This document shows, one piece after another, positions 39,512-51,804 of a stretch of DNA of 64,000 nucleotides. The notes under the pieces were generated by a model. That model made no database searches. It saw only the letters and a list, made by a program, of their open reading frames with translations, and was not told the DNA's origin. This DNA comes from Macrostomum hystrix. Lineage: Eukaryota; Animalia; Platyhelminthes. The stretch lies in the NCBI GenBank assembly GCA_950097015.1, contig CATNEN010000001.1, positions 14,136,001 through 14,200,000 on the forward strand, written 5' to 3'. The position numbers and the translations under genes were made by a program. Numbering within the stretch: position 1 is the first letter of the stretch; each line of letters starts with the position of its first letter.

Positions 39512-39880
39512 ATGGAGCTCCGAATTAAAAAAACACGAACCACGCGCCCAGTAGAGTTGATGGAGCATAGGAGAATCAGCAAGCAGGTGATGGAGCAGCA
39601 GCGCAGAGCCAGAATTAATGCCAGCTTGGACAGACTCAAAGAGCTGCTGCAGGCCAACAAGGTGATAAAACCGTACCGGATTAAGCGCCTAGAGAAGGCC
39701 GACATCCTGGAGCTGACTGTGGAGCTGCTGCTGAATGACTCAGCCAAGACTCAATCTACGGCCATGAGCTTCTGCTGCAAGTCTTCGGCCTCATCAACGG
39801 TGTCGGCTTTGTCTACTGACGAAGAATCTAGCCAGTCGATGGACCAGGAGGGAGCCCAGCCTGTGTGGCGTCCTAGGTAA
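39512..39880 (+). CDS. Intronless Hairy/E(spl) (HES)-like bHLH protein, no Orange domain, ends WRPR; true start possibly 39560
   Basis: RRISKQVMEQQRRARINASLDRLKELL…RLEKADILELTVELL; C-terminal PVWRPR. TATAAA at 39480 lies only 32 nt before the first ATG. Confidence 0.88.
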   Translation: MELRIKKTRTTRPVELMEHRRISKQVMEQQRRARINASLDRLKELLQANKVIKPYRIKRLEKADILELTVELLLNDSAKTQSTAMSFCCKSSASSTVSALSTDEESSQSMDQEGAQPVWRPR

Positions 39881-39964
39881 CCGGCCCCTGGCAACAGCAT
39901 CCGGCATTCCAGCATAAGTCAACTTAGTGAATTAGTTTCGTTGTTTTGTTATTTAGTTGTCATG

Positions 39965-40500
39965 GACTGATTGTCCCCAAACTGAGAATCTGGGATTGTC
40001 ACCAAACTGAGGATCTGGGATTGTCACCAAACTGAGGATCTGGGATTGTCACCAAACTGAGGATCTGGGATTGTCACCAAACTGAGGATCTGGGATTGTC
40101 ACCAAACTGAGGATCTGGGATTGTCACCAAACTGAGGATCTGGGATTGTCACCAAACTGAGGATCTGGGATTGTCACCAAACTGAGGATCTGGGATAATT
40201 GTCATTAAACTGAGCTTTACATTTTTATATATTGTTGTATCATTGTATCGTTGTATCGTATCAATGTTGTATCATTGTTGTTGTGTTGTATCAGTGTTGT
40301 ATCAAGGCTTAGTTCATTTCATTGTTTAAAACTTTTTATCTGGGGGATTATCACCAATCTGGGATTGTCCCAAACTGAGGATCTGAGATTGTCACCAAAC
40401 TGAGGATCTGGGATTGTCCCAAACAGAGGATCTGGGATTGTCACCAAGCAGAGGATCTGGGATTGTCACCAAACTGAGGATCTGGGATAATTGTCATTAA
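39965..40500. repeat. 25-bp minisatellite within a larger duplicated unit; related copies at ~41365 and 56030-56300
   Basis: (ctgggattgtcaccaaactgaggat)n, contiguous, no spacers. Confidence 0.93.
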
Positions 40501-41719
40501 ACTGAGCTTTAAATTTTTATATATTGTTGTATCATTGTATCGTTGTATCGTATCAATGTTGTATCATTGTTGTTGTGTTGTATACAAATCATTAAATAAA
40601 TAAATCAATATATGCTCAGTTAAAGAGTGACTATAAGCATGCCAAACTTAACTGGTGCCTACGAGAGTCAGTTCCGATGTCGCCGCATTAGAAATCAACT
40701 AATGCGAAACAAAAAATTTAAATGCTTTCACTGTCGATCAATTCTTTTCTTTGATCTCTTTCTGACTTGCTCATGCCATTTTAAAGAACTGACTTACCTG
40801 TATTACGTATTACGTATTATGACTTACGTATTAACCTGGAAAGTCACCTAGAAAATTTTATCTTTACTCTGACTATGTCAGTACTATATGGCTGTCGTCG
40901 GTGTCCCAATAGATTTGAGCACAGTTTATCGAGTCGGATTCAATTGAAAATCTATCTAGAAATGATTTCCTACACGACTGAGTTGATTTCATGATTTCAA
41001 ATGATTTCCACTCGAACTTATTAACCTGGAAAGTCACCTAGAAAATCCCGGGCTCTATGAGCAATGGGATATTGCATGCATGCGACTTTGCCAGTGCGAT
41101 TTTTAGTGCAGCACATGAACAAACAGAGCTGGGAATTGCCGTTCGAGCTGAGCATGACAGCTAGGACTGATAAGAAGTTTCTAGAACGGAAATCAGCGGA
41201 GCGGGATAGAGACGTTTTCTAGCACCGAAAATGTAAAGGAAAGACATGCGTTCACGCATGTACATGTTGGCAATAAAGCTATTTAGAAAGCAGCGAAAAG
41301 TGACGTACAGTCACACAGTTTTAAAGCTCACCTGAACTCTAGAGCAGTGTCTCGTTGGCACATTGAGGATCTGGGATTGTCACCAAACTGAGGATCTGGG
41401 TTGTCATTAAACTGAGCTTTAAATTTTTACATGTTGTATACCGACTGAACACATGCGGGATGACGGCTTAGTTCATTTCGTTGTTTCAAACATTTTAATT
41501 AACTAATACAAATCTTTAAACAAATATATGTCTATAAATATATGGTCAGTTAAAGAGTGACTAAGCATGCAAAACTTAACTGGTGCCTACGAGAGAAATC
41601 AACTAATGCGAAACTAAAAATTTAAACTCTTTCTGTCTCAAATCTTTTCTTTGATCTCTTTCTGACTTCTCATGCCATTTATGGCATTAATGAAATTAAT
41701 CGTAATTAAAATTTAAACA

Positions 41720-41945
41720 TTCTACTACATCTCACTACCCCACTTCCCCTCACTCTACTGCATCTCACTACCACACTTCCTCTCACTCTGCTGCATCTCA
41801 CTATCCCACTTCCTCTCACTCTACTGCATCTTACTACCACACTTCCTCTCACCCTACTGCTCTCCCTCTCACCCTACCTGATCCCCCTTTCACCATACCT
41901 GCTCTCTATCTGACCCTACTGATCTCCCTCTCACCCTACTAATCT
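41720..41945. repeat. C-rich ~33-bp then ~20-bp degenerate minisatellite
   Basis: (ctcactaccacacttcctctcactctactgcat)n. Confidence 0.8.
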
Positions 41946-42348
41946 AGGGAATCTAGGGATTCTAGGGAAGGCACGGAATCGATTTTGGGACCTCCCTTAA
42001 TCCAGATTGATCTCGACGAATTTTGAGTCCCTATGCTCTATGATAAATGTAGAGGAAACTGAAAATTAGAAGCAACCATGCTAATTTATATACTAGCTAG
42101 CTATTATACTAAGTTTTCATGCAGAGTCATATAATTTCAGTCTACATGAGCAGGTCTTTCGGAAAGAATGAGCTATAGGATATGACTGAAACAGTCACCT
42201 ATCGTTTCTACTAATAGTAGCACATGGCGAATTAATCTTCCTGCAAATATTTTCGCATACTAAAAAAAAGTTATAAAATTAAGTAGAAAATTTCGAAAAT
42301 GATGCAAACAATATTTCCAAATTAAGGAGCAACTAGACATGTTAAAGG

Positions 42349-43148
42349 CGGCGATCCATGCCCTTGGACGCACGCACACCTGCTCGCGCACAGTCCTCGA
42401 CTGCGTCGCGCAACTCAACCGCTTAGGGACCCACAACAAGGTGTCCCTAAGGTGGATTCCAGGGCACTCTGGCCACCCTGGTAACGAATTCGCCGACAGC
42501 CTCGCCAAGGCCGGTTCGACGGGCTCGCTTTTTGGCCCCGTGCCTGCGGTCTCCACCCCTACCGCCGTCTTCAACACTCGGATTAACCAGTGGGTGACCT
42601 CAAAGCACAAGGACAGATGGATCAATACCGCCGATTGTCGGCAGTCTCGCGCTGCTGTCCCTTGTCCCTCCACTGCCCTTCGCAAAGCCTTGCTTGGACT
42701 GAACCGCAAGGACATCAGGGCAGTCACCATGGCCCTCTCTGGCCATGGCTGTTTCGCCAGGCACCGCTTCCTGCAAGGCAAAATCCGCAGTGAGGAATGC
42801 CCCTTCTGCCTCTCCTATGTTGAGGATGCAGAGCATTTTATTTGCGACTGCCCCGCCTTCACTCAGGACCGGCTCACCTATCTCGGCCCAAACCCGGATC
42901 TCCCCGACGTTTTCAGGCCTGAGAACATCTGCCAGCTCGTCCGATACCTGAGGGCCACCGGGCGAGCAACCCTCCACCTCCTGGACACTCCGGAGGAGGA
43001 CCGCGCTGCGGACGCCGGCACCACCGGATCCCCCTGCGCGACACCGCAGCTCTAGTTGCCCGTGGTCGCCAGGGGCTAGCGGAATGGGCGGCAACGCCTC
43101 CCCGCTGCATCCGGAAGATGCCCCCTGCAGCTAAGTCAAGTCAAGTCA
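42349..43148 (+). mobile_element. 5'-truncated non-LTR retrotransposon (RNase H-bearing, LOA/R1/I-group-like) with (AAGTC)n tail and 14-bp TSD
   Basis: ORF 42339-43055 has RNase H C-half [29 protein letters not shown] and zinc knuckle CPFC…[13 protein letters not shown]. Tail taagtcaagtcaagtcaag. TSD AGACATGTTAAAGG at 42335-42348 and 43149-43162. Confidence 0.93.
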
Positions 43149-43248
43149 AGACATGTTAAAGGTGAAATAATATTTTTCTGCAACCATAAGTCACGTGTAC
43201 TACACGAAAAGATAAAAAAAGCGCGTAAAAAGTGATGTTTACAAAACC

Positions 43249-43600
43249 GTGCGCCCAGGCGGCGGGAGGCGTATAGCAAGGGCGTGTAGGAAAATCACTA
43301 TGCGCCCAGGCGGCGGGAGGCGTATAGCAAGGGCGTATAGGAAAATCACCATGCGCCCCGGCGCCGGCTGGGCGTATAGCGGGGCGCACGGCGCCCCACT
43401 CTGCGCCCCAAAAAGCTGTCCCACCCCCGGTGGGACATTACTATACGCCCCCTCTGTACGCCCCACCCTGCGCCTCCCGCCGGGCGCACAGCGCCCGGGC
43501 GTATAGAATGTCCGTGCGCCCGCGACAGCGCCCCGCCCTGCGCCGGGCGCAGGGTAGGTGGAGGGGGGTGGGGGTGCAGTGTAAATAAAATTCGGCGCAT
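43249..43600. mobile_element. Abutting right and left ends of CCCGGTGGGACA-terminated (EnSpm/CMC-like) elements with GC-rich subterminal repeats
   Basis: GGCGTATAG / CTATACGCC repeats in mirror orientation around TGTCCCACC-CCC-GGTGGGACA (43417-43437). The left end is repeated at 44058. Confidence 0.6.
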
Positions 43601-43699
43601 ATCCTCAAAGTCTACTGTTAGTAGGCTGTGCAGTATTTTTGAGCGCCGTAAAAAGCCTAGCTTTTTAAAAGGTCCGCTCCTACCCAGCAGCTCCGCTAC

Positions 43700-43860
43700 T
43701 GTGGGTCATCAGTGGGTCACAGCCTATCACTGTCTCATCAGTGGGTCACAGCCCATCAATGTCTCATCAGTGGGTCACAGCCCATCACTGTATCATCAGT
43801 GGGTCACAGCCCATCACTGTATCATCAGTGGGTCACAGCCCATCCTGCACTGTATCATGA
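43700..43860. repeat. 29-30-bp tandem repeat
   Basis: (catcagtgggtcacagcccatcactgtat)n. Confidence 0.9.
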
Positions 43861-45745
43861 AAATAATGGGACGCAGATAAACAACAGTTTTTATAAATCG
43901 CAGTTTTCTAAATAAATAATGACTCCGCATTCTCTACAGTGCTGCTCTTGTAATTTTCCGCCCTACTTTATTGTATAGTTAATATTATTATTCATATATT
44001 TTGTTATACTCCACTTGTAGTTCTAACTACCATAGTAATTCGTACCTTACACTTCTACCCGGTGGGACATTACTATACGCCCCCTCTGTACGCCGCTCCG
44101 CTACTGCCCCAGCAGCTCCGCTCCTGCCCCAGCAGCTCCGCTCGCCACGCTGCCCCCTCCCTCCTGACCATGTACTTTTCATACGTATGTTTCATTTTTT
44201 GTATGCATGCCGTATATATAAAGCTTTACTTTGAATTTAAAGTCACTTTAAATAAATAAAATTGAACATGCTCATGTAATTTTTCTATTCGTCACCGCTA
44301 TAAATGGTTTACGAATATGTTCATTCTAGTCTCATTAAATACTTTTGACGCTGCTAAAGGTACAAATTTATTATCAATTTCAAAGCGAATATGCAAGCCA
44401 TGATTGAAAAGAAAAGTAAAGAATGCTTTACAGTATCATCAAGCAAAGACAGTACGGTATAAGTGATTCAAAGTACAAAAATTAGTCCACATTTTGTCCC
44501 TGCCATGCCAGCTCTGCCAATCCTCCCTGTCAAGCCCTGCACTGCGTGATTTTGTTAATCTTATAATTATAATGTTATAATTAAATTCTTACTGACGCAG
44601 CTAAAGGTACAAATTTATTATCAATTTCAAAGCGAATATGCAAGCCATGATTGAAAAGAAGAGTAAAGAATGTTTTACAGTATCATCAAGCGAAGACAGT
44701 TACGGTTTAAGTAAATACAAAGCACGAAAATTAGTCCACATTTTGTCCCTGCCATGCCAGCTCTGCCAATCCTCCCTGTCAAGCCCTGCACTGCGCGCCA
44801 GTCAGTCGTCCTCGTTGTGCCACCTCTGCGAGTCGTCCGTGCCACGCCACCTCCGCCAGTCGACCATGTCGTCCCGTAACCGGCTGACTGGTTTTCTGGA
44901 GAAATTGGAAAGTATCCACGATTTATTTGTGTGTGCAAGGTTTACTGTAAAATTACTTGTTTACATACACTGTACAGCAATGCAGATAATAGAGATCCAG
45001 TGAGATAGAATCCAGATGTATATGGAATGAGGTACACGACATTTGAGATTGTAAACGAGATGAAGCAAAGATTCTTAATAAGCGGAAATATTAGAATAAG
45101 ATCAGACATGAGATTCAGAATGAGATGAAGTACAAGATCGAGCATAAGATTAACCATAAAAAACTTAAATTTTAAACGCTACTTATCTTTTATAGCAAGT
45201 CAACCAGGTCCCGCAACTGGTAGACGTCCGGCACCATGGTAGAACTGGAAAGAAATATTCATTATGTAATTCATGCAAAAAAACTAGTGCTTCTGTAAAC
45301 TTAGTTCTAAATAAAAAAATTCACTGTGCTTTTTGTACTGCTAATATTAGAATGTACAAATAATTTTTTGTGTGTTTGTTCAATTATTAGATACGATAAG
45401 CAATTGAGTTGCAGACTTGAGTAAGAGCTGCAGGCATGTAAATAGCGAATTTTAGTGTTTTTGATTACAGGATGCGATGAGCAAGAGTTGCAGGCACGAA
45501 CAAGATGTCCGGGTATAAAGACGACGTGTAGGCATGTAGATTGTAATTTTTTGTGTTTTTCATCGACTATACGACGAGCAAGAGTTGCAGAAATAAGCAG
45601 TGCAAATTCCTAGTACTTGTACTCGTAGTAGGCAGTAAAGATATTTAAAAGCCACTTATCTTTCCTGTTCCGCCGGAAGCCTTGTCATATAGGAGCACTC
45701 GGTCGGATCTCTACCGAGTTTAATCCTCCTCAGTCATCTCGCTCA

Positions 45746-48173
45746 TCAGGCCATCAGCGTCCTCATCGGAGCACTCCACAGCTCTGCTCGACTGTGATGC
45801 GGCTGCAAAGAATGCCTTTTTCGCGAGGCATGGCTGACCAGCTGCGAGCCAGGTCTCTTAGCGCCGGCTGGCGAAGGTGTGGCAGATGCTCCTGATGCAC
45901 CAGAGGCTGACAGGCGTCGATGCGGTCTGCTCGTTTGACGGTCCTTGCCTCGATGGAGCATGTCGCATAATCGGCTACCGACGTACGTGGCGGTCAATTG
46001 TTGTCCGGTTGTCGTGCCGTAGATGCTGGTGGCGGCATCTAGATTAGAGGTAGAGTGAGAGGTAGGTAGATTGACAAGTACAGGTAAAGTTTGTCGGATA
46101 GGAAATGTGAAAGTACCAATCAGATTCCTGAAAATTTCGTACCTTGGACGTGTCGCAATAAAACGGCCTTGAAGCCAAGGCATGCGTCGGAAAACTGCGT
46201 TTCGACACCGTCCTGGATGCATTTCTGGCGTAGGCCTGCACCGCTATAATTCACCTTCGTCTGCATCTCAGGTGTCAAGCAGGTGTCCAACCACACCCGG
46301 ATGGTGGCTCCGACAGTCGCCATTTTTCTGTTGGGCAGGGCTTGTTTCAACTGGTACGTCCACTCTGCAGGCGTGTTCTCCGCGTAGTGGACATACCTCT
46401 GCCAGGAGTCGATGGGCCAGAATTGGAGCTGTTGCACTGGTTGCTGGTCCTTCGTTAATGACAGGCGCAGTTGCTGCACTTCCTCCTTAACAGAGGCCAG
46501 CTCGGTGGCTAGTTTCTGCTGTGTTGCTTCCATCTTCTTGAACAATCGGGTACTCTCGCGTACTGCGAACAGGGCGACGTAGAGAATGCCGCGATTGCTT
46601 TCTAATGGGAAATCGACCCCCGACTGTATTTGCTGCTCCAGTCGTCCGATGGAGATGCCCTGGAAGCTTCGGAAACCTGCTGATGTCAGTCCGGTATCCT
46701 CTGCATCTGCCTCTGCTTCAGCTGCTGCCTCTGCTTCCGCTGCTGCCTCTGCTTCCGCTGCTGCCTCTGCTTCCGCTGCTGCCTCTGCTTCAGCTGCTGC
46801 CTCTGCTTCCGCTGCTGCTTCTGCTGCCGCTGCTGCCGCTGCTGCTTCCGCTGCTGCCGCAGCTGCCGCAGCTGCTGCTTTTGCAGCTGCCGCCTTAGCT
46901 GCCGCGGCTTTTGCAGCTTCTGTGGCCGCAGACTTCGGAATCGTTGATGGCAGTGGCACCAGTTTTGCTAAAGTCAGCGGCACGTCTACGCAGGGCAGCT
47001 TTAGTAGCTGCGCTTCGGATTCCGCTTGCTCCTCCGGACAGACGAAAAAATCGTCCGTGTCGGACGCAGAACCAGTCGAGATGTTCTGTTAGGTCGGATA
47101 AGTTAGGGGATAAGTAAGTGAGGAAAATGTTGGGGTTACTAGCATTGGATAACAGTGATTGATTATCGATTCGAATGATTGACATTGAATAACAGTGATT
47201 GATTATCGATTCGAATGATTGACATTGAATAACAGTGATTGATTATCGATTCGAATGATTGACATTGAATAACAGTGATTGATTATCGATTCGGATGATT
47301 GACATTGGATAACAGTGATTGATTATCGATTCGGATGATTGACATTGAATAACAGTGATTGATTATCGATTCGGATGATTGACATTGGATAACAGTAATT
47401 GATTATCGAAAATGTTGATAAACATTCGATAATATATTTTTGATGGACAATCGTTGTTAGTGATTGATAATTGATGATGTTGACTGATAATTTACTGAGG
47501 TGATTAATTGTACTGAGATATCTAAATGTGTGTGCGTGAGAGAGAGAGATATAGAGTGGACAGACAAACAGATTGTAACTTACACCACACTGAAACTTGC
47601 GTCGCGCCTGCCGCATATCTTCAGCGCAGAGAACCCTCGGTTTCAATTGCCGAATTATATCGACAATTGACCGTCTTTTTTCGATCATGTTGCGGACGAA
47701 GCGTAGGCTGGGCGGCTCCAGAGAGTCATCCAGGTATACCTAAATTGGTCATTTTTAGAAAAGATCTTGTAGAGAAAGAATTGAACCAAATTGTCAGACA
47801 AACTGACTTAACTGACAGACATTTTTCTCACTCCACCTCACTCCACCTCTCACTCCACCTCGCACTACCTCTCACTCCACGTCTCACTACCTTTCACTCC
47901 ACCTCTCACTCTGCCATACACTCCACCTGTCACTGACATATATATGCGGCATATATCGTAAAAAAAGCAAAAATGTGCATTAGATCTCACCTGGAGGACT
48001 TCAGCTGCGTAGACTCTGCCTGCATATTTGGCCGTGCAGCGCCACCTCTCTTCACTGTCCTTTAACAGTGACAATTCAGAAACTGTCCGATTTTTTAACT
48101 CACATTCACCTACATCACTCTCATTAGCTTCAATAACCTGCCTGTCGGCTTCAAATACGACTAAAAACTTCAT
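45746..48173 (-). CDS. DUF4806/BEN-like transposon accessory protein, ~524 aa, 4 exons (48173-47991, 47739-47584, 47085-46143, 46038-45746)
   Basis: All three GT-AG introns are phase-consistent with no stops. Ala/Glu-rich linker, coiled coil, then FWPIDSW…TVGATIRVWLDTCLTPEMQTKVNYSG…VGSRLCDMLHRGKDR. Confidence 0.78.
47151..47410. repeat. 40-bp intronic tandem repeat x ~6
   Basis: (aacagtgattgattatcgattcgaatgattgacattgaat)n. Confidence 0.93.
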
Positions 48174-48565
48174 GTCTGCAGAATATTTGAGAATTGAGAT
48201 TTGAGAAAATTTGAGAACGACAGGAGGTTAGGGGAGCGAAGATAAGCTAAAGCTTTACTTATATGTCAGATCAAACTGCACGGCCTAGACAGTGGGAAGG
48301 CTCGTCGCGCGCTCATTGGTTAGTTATGAAAAATCCTGTAAACCCACTATCCGCTAGCTACCGATTGTGCCATTGGTGCCGACTATGGAGAGTGGAGTCA
48401 GTTTGTTTTGGAGGATCTTTGTAGTGTAGCTATTGAAAGTGCGTTGCAAGACTAAGAGCACGACTAAAACTACGACTAAGAGTTGACAAATATTACACTA
48501 TTACATACTTTTACTATTACATATTAATTACTACAGACGTACAGACAGTAGTAAACATTTACAGC

Positions 48566-50506
48566 ATGTCCTCTACGTCTAGGAATATTAGGAGACTGAC
48601 AAACAAGAGTTTGTTGGCCATGTTCAGAGAAGAAGCTGAGGGGCCCAGAAGTGTCCAGGTTGGAGGGCAGTCGGCAAGTCAAGGCGATGTGGAAATGGAG
48701 ACGGAAGAAGATTTTAGTAGGGTAGAATTCGACGAGTTTGAGCAGGAAACTCAAAGCGATGACGACATGGACAGCGAAGAGGATGAAGACAATCGGCCCT
48801 TGGAGGTAAGGCTACAGGCACTCCTTGTTTTGTTCTTTTCTACATACAACATTCCCCGTGACGCCATGGCTTTCCTACTTGCGGGTTTACGCGACATTGG
48901 TTTGCCTGTCACAAAATCTTACAAAACATTTGAACGCCTGGCCAGAGAAAACTGTCCTACTGGTGACTTGGTGGCCATGGGAGACGGGCACTTTCGTTAT
49001 ATTTCTATTCTGGAGAATCTGCAGCAACTACTTTCGAAGAATTTGTTGACACTGCGACCAGAAAATTTGCTGCATGAAGGTTCAACCAAGTGTTACAAGT
49101 TCGACGCATTTCTAAACAGTGACGGACTTCCCCTCTATCGATCCAGTACGATTAGTCTATGGCCACTCCTAATGAAAATTAAATCCGCATTCGCTAAGCC
49201 TTTTCCAGTGGCTGTTTGGGCCGGCACTGGAAAGCCACCAGTACAGGAGTACCTGCAACAGTTTTGCCAAGAGGCAAAAAACTTTCTGTCTGGTCCAGTC
49301 AAAATCAGTGAGAAAATCAGCATCATGTTCTCCACTATTTATTTTGTCTGCGACACCCCTGCCCGCAGTTTTTTAATGTGCACTCTGGGTCACACAAGCT
49401 ACTTAGGATGCAGTTACTGTCGAGCTGTGGGCTTGCGTGCTGAAGGCAGAGTATCATTTTCCGTAACTGCTGGCCAGAATAGATGTGGGGAAGCGTACCG
49501 ATCCCTAGTAGAGAACAACCAGAAAAAAGACGCCACAGGAGCGGTCATCAAGTCACCACTGTTGGACCTGCCCAACATTGACTTCGTCAACTGTTTTCCT
49601 CTGGATTTTCAACATGCCGTTTGTCTGGGAGCAGTAAGGAAGTTAATGCACTTGTATTTTGGAGAAGGAGGCTGCCGCTTTAGTCGCAGGAATATGAAGT
49701 CTTTGTCTGACATCATTGCCGGTATTGCCAGCTGGACTCCGTCTAATTTCCAGAGAAGGCCTCGCCGCATAGATAAGTGTCTTAACCATTTTAAGGCGAC
49801 AGAGTTCAGACAAATTATTCTTTACCTGGGACCAATAATTTTTAAGGGATATGTTAAGGAACAGTTTTACAAAAATTTTCTCCTACTGCACTTCGCCGTA
49901 TACTGCTATTCCACGGAAAGGTATGCTAATCTATGGGATTCAGCGAAAAGCTGCATCGAGGTATTCGTCGAACAGATGTCAAAGATATTTGGCCAAAAAT
50001 CAATTAGCTACAATATTCATGCACTTCTTCACCTCGACCAGTTTGTTAGAAGGCTAGGTAACTTAAATAATTTTAGTACATTTCCATTCGAAAGCTATCT
50101 GGGAGCAATCAAGAGAAGGGTCAAAGTCACCAGGCATGTCGCCGCTCATTCAGTATGTCAAGTACTACAAGTACGAAATATGTACCTCAGCCAGCCAGCA
50201 GAAACAACTATAGAATTCAGCACGAAGAAGGGTGACAATTGCTGCTTCGTTGGGACGACATGCATTCATATTGATGAAGTTAAACCGGACGGCATGGTAA
50301 GTGGCAGAGTGCTCCAGGAATTCGACAATGTCTACAACTATCCTTACGACTCTCTGGCACTTGGGATTGGAGTTTACTGCCTAACATCCGAAATCGCAAC
50401 TGGCCGCCCAGGGCAAAAATGTTGGCTGCTTCCGAAAGCTCTTAGTAGACCGGCCCAAAATGACGACTTTTTTTACGTCATTCCGCTAACGGGACAGGAA
50501 AGCTAG
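48566..50506 (+). CDS. EnSpm/CACTA (CMC superfamily) DDE transposase, intact 646 aa
   Basis: NSDGLPLYRSS…LWP, FVCDTPARSF, GHTSYLGCSYC, PLDFQHAVCLG, FKATEFRQ, NIHALLHL, STFPFESYLG. Confidence 0.9.
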   Translation: MSSTSRNIRRLTNKSLLAMFREEAEGPRSVQVGGQSASQGDVEMETEEDFSRVEFDEFEQETQSDDDMDSEEDEDNRPLEVRLQALLVLFFSTYNIPRDAMAFLLAGLRDIGLPVTKSYKTFERLARENCPTGDLVAMGDGHFRYISILENLQQLLSKNLLTLRPENLLHEGSTKCYKFDAFLNSDGLPLYRSSTISLWPLLMKIKSAFAKPFPVAVWAGTGKPPVQEYLQQFCQEAKNFLSGPVKISEKISIMFSTIYFVCDTPARSFLMCTLGHTSYLGCSYCRAVGLRAEGRVSFSVTAGQNRCGEAYRSLVENNQKKDATGAVIKSPLLDLPNIDFVNCFPLDFQHAVCLGAVRKLMHLYFGEGGCRFSRRNMKSLSDIIAGIASWTPSNFQRRPRRIDKCLNHFKATEFRQIILYLGPIIFKGYVKEQFYKNFLLLHFAVYCYSTERYANLWDSAKSCIEVFVEQMSKIFGQKSISYNIHALLHLDQFVRRLGNLNNFSTFPFESYLGAIKRRVKVTRHVAAHSVCQVLQVRNMYLSQPAETTIEFSTKKGDNCCFVGTTCIHIDEVKPDGMVSGRVLQEFDNVYNYPYDSLALGIGVYCLTSEIATGRPGQKCWLLPKALSRPAQNDDFFYVIPLTGQES

Positions 50507-50942
50507 CCTTGTTTATCCCCTTCTACGAGTGCCACATGTTCATAAATTTTCTTATCTACTCTACACAACTCTAAACTTGGATTTGGGTTTAGCAAACAGG
50601 AAACTTTGCAAATTGTTCAGGACAGGTTTGCGCCCTTATCGACGTGAGGAGAGATAAGGAGCAAATAGTGTGGGAACTTGAGCCCTATGCAGAATCCACC
50701 CACCTATGTTGACAAAACGGCCGCCGATTTTCTGCTTCCCAAATTCGCTTGCAACTCAGACGAGCCGACCAGGGACCACAACAGACGGAGATAAGCTGAA
50801 GGGCGTTTGGTCTGGCGTGCAATAAGAAATAGGTTACTTTGTTTACCCTTGACTTTGACTTGACTTGCCTCTGGGGTGGGGCAAGGTAGCAACTTAAAAT
50901 CCACTATTCTATGGAAATTCGAAGCAGATAAGACAAGTGTCC

Positions 50943-51012
50943 CCTGACTAGCTGAGTTGGCAAATAACAGTTACAGGCCTGTAACTGTTATTTGCCAACT
51001 CAACTAGTCAGG
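50943..51012. repeat. 70-bp spacer-less palindrome (35-bp arms, one mismatch)
   Basis: CCTGACTAGCTGAGTTGGCAAATAACAGTTACAGG|CCTGTAACTGTTATTTGCCAACTCAACTAGTCAGG. Confidence 0.95.
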
Positions 51013-51804
51013 ATTTTTGCTATTTGTTACAGACATACATGTTACTGGACATAAAAAAATTATCCCGTTCACAGAACTGGGTGTATGTATACTCCATTTC
51101 TTTTGGCACCATCGCATCTTAAAATTGTACAAAAAGCACAAAAAAATTACAAATCGTTTGTCTTGGCTAAGCTGTATATATGAGACATACAATTTATCCT
51201 GTTCATACAATTGTGTCATGATAAACTCCCGCATCATTACATCTGAAAAATAGACAGAAAAAACAATAAATTACTTTCCACATGCCCGCACACCTAGCAC
51301 CTAGCACCGTAGCAAGTACCTGCACTGTTCTTTTCGACATTCTTTTTAAACCAATATTTTACATGCGATAGTGGCTTCGACTTGGTTCTTCAGCAGCAAG
51401 CATAATTAAATAAACAAGTGATATCACTTGGCCATAATAAGCAAAGGAAATTATAAAAAACTAGTCTCGGGTAATCAACACCACTTCATAATTCCGAAAT
51501 GTTCTCAAGAGCATAGGCTATATGCTTGCTGCTGCGGCAGGGAAGGGCCTCCTTCTCGGTTAACAAAAGACCCTGACGATCAAACCAAGAAAGGAAGCTG
51601 ACTACTATTTAATTCCCTAAATTGCAGTCATGCCTCCGAGCCACGACGAGAAGGAATTGAAATAAGTCTGGAAGCTATCTGGAAGCGTTTGAAGCGCGCA
51701 TCGATCGCCCTAAGTGAGGTGAGACATCAGAAGCAGCAACTCACAGCTATTTTTACACCTGCTTTATTCTTTTAACAGTCTCTGTCTGTTATGTTAAACT
51801 TAAG

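Larger units (their letters stand above)
44058..50600. mobile_element. EnSpm/CMC-like DNA transposon: left TIR, DUF4806 gene (minus), transposase (plus); right TIR not found
   Basis: CCCGGTGGGACATTACTATACGCCCC at 44058 and two divergent intact genes. Right boundary approximate. Confidence 0.65.

Noticed and set aside
39965-40500. CRISPR-like array or hammerhead (CTGAGGA) in the 25-bp repeats
   Set aside because: Units are contiguous with no unique spacers, there are no cas genes, the context is eukaryotic, and no GAAA/stem arrangement for a hammerhead is present.
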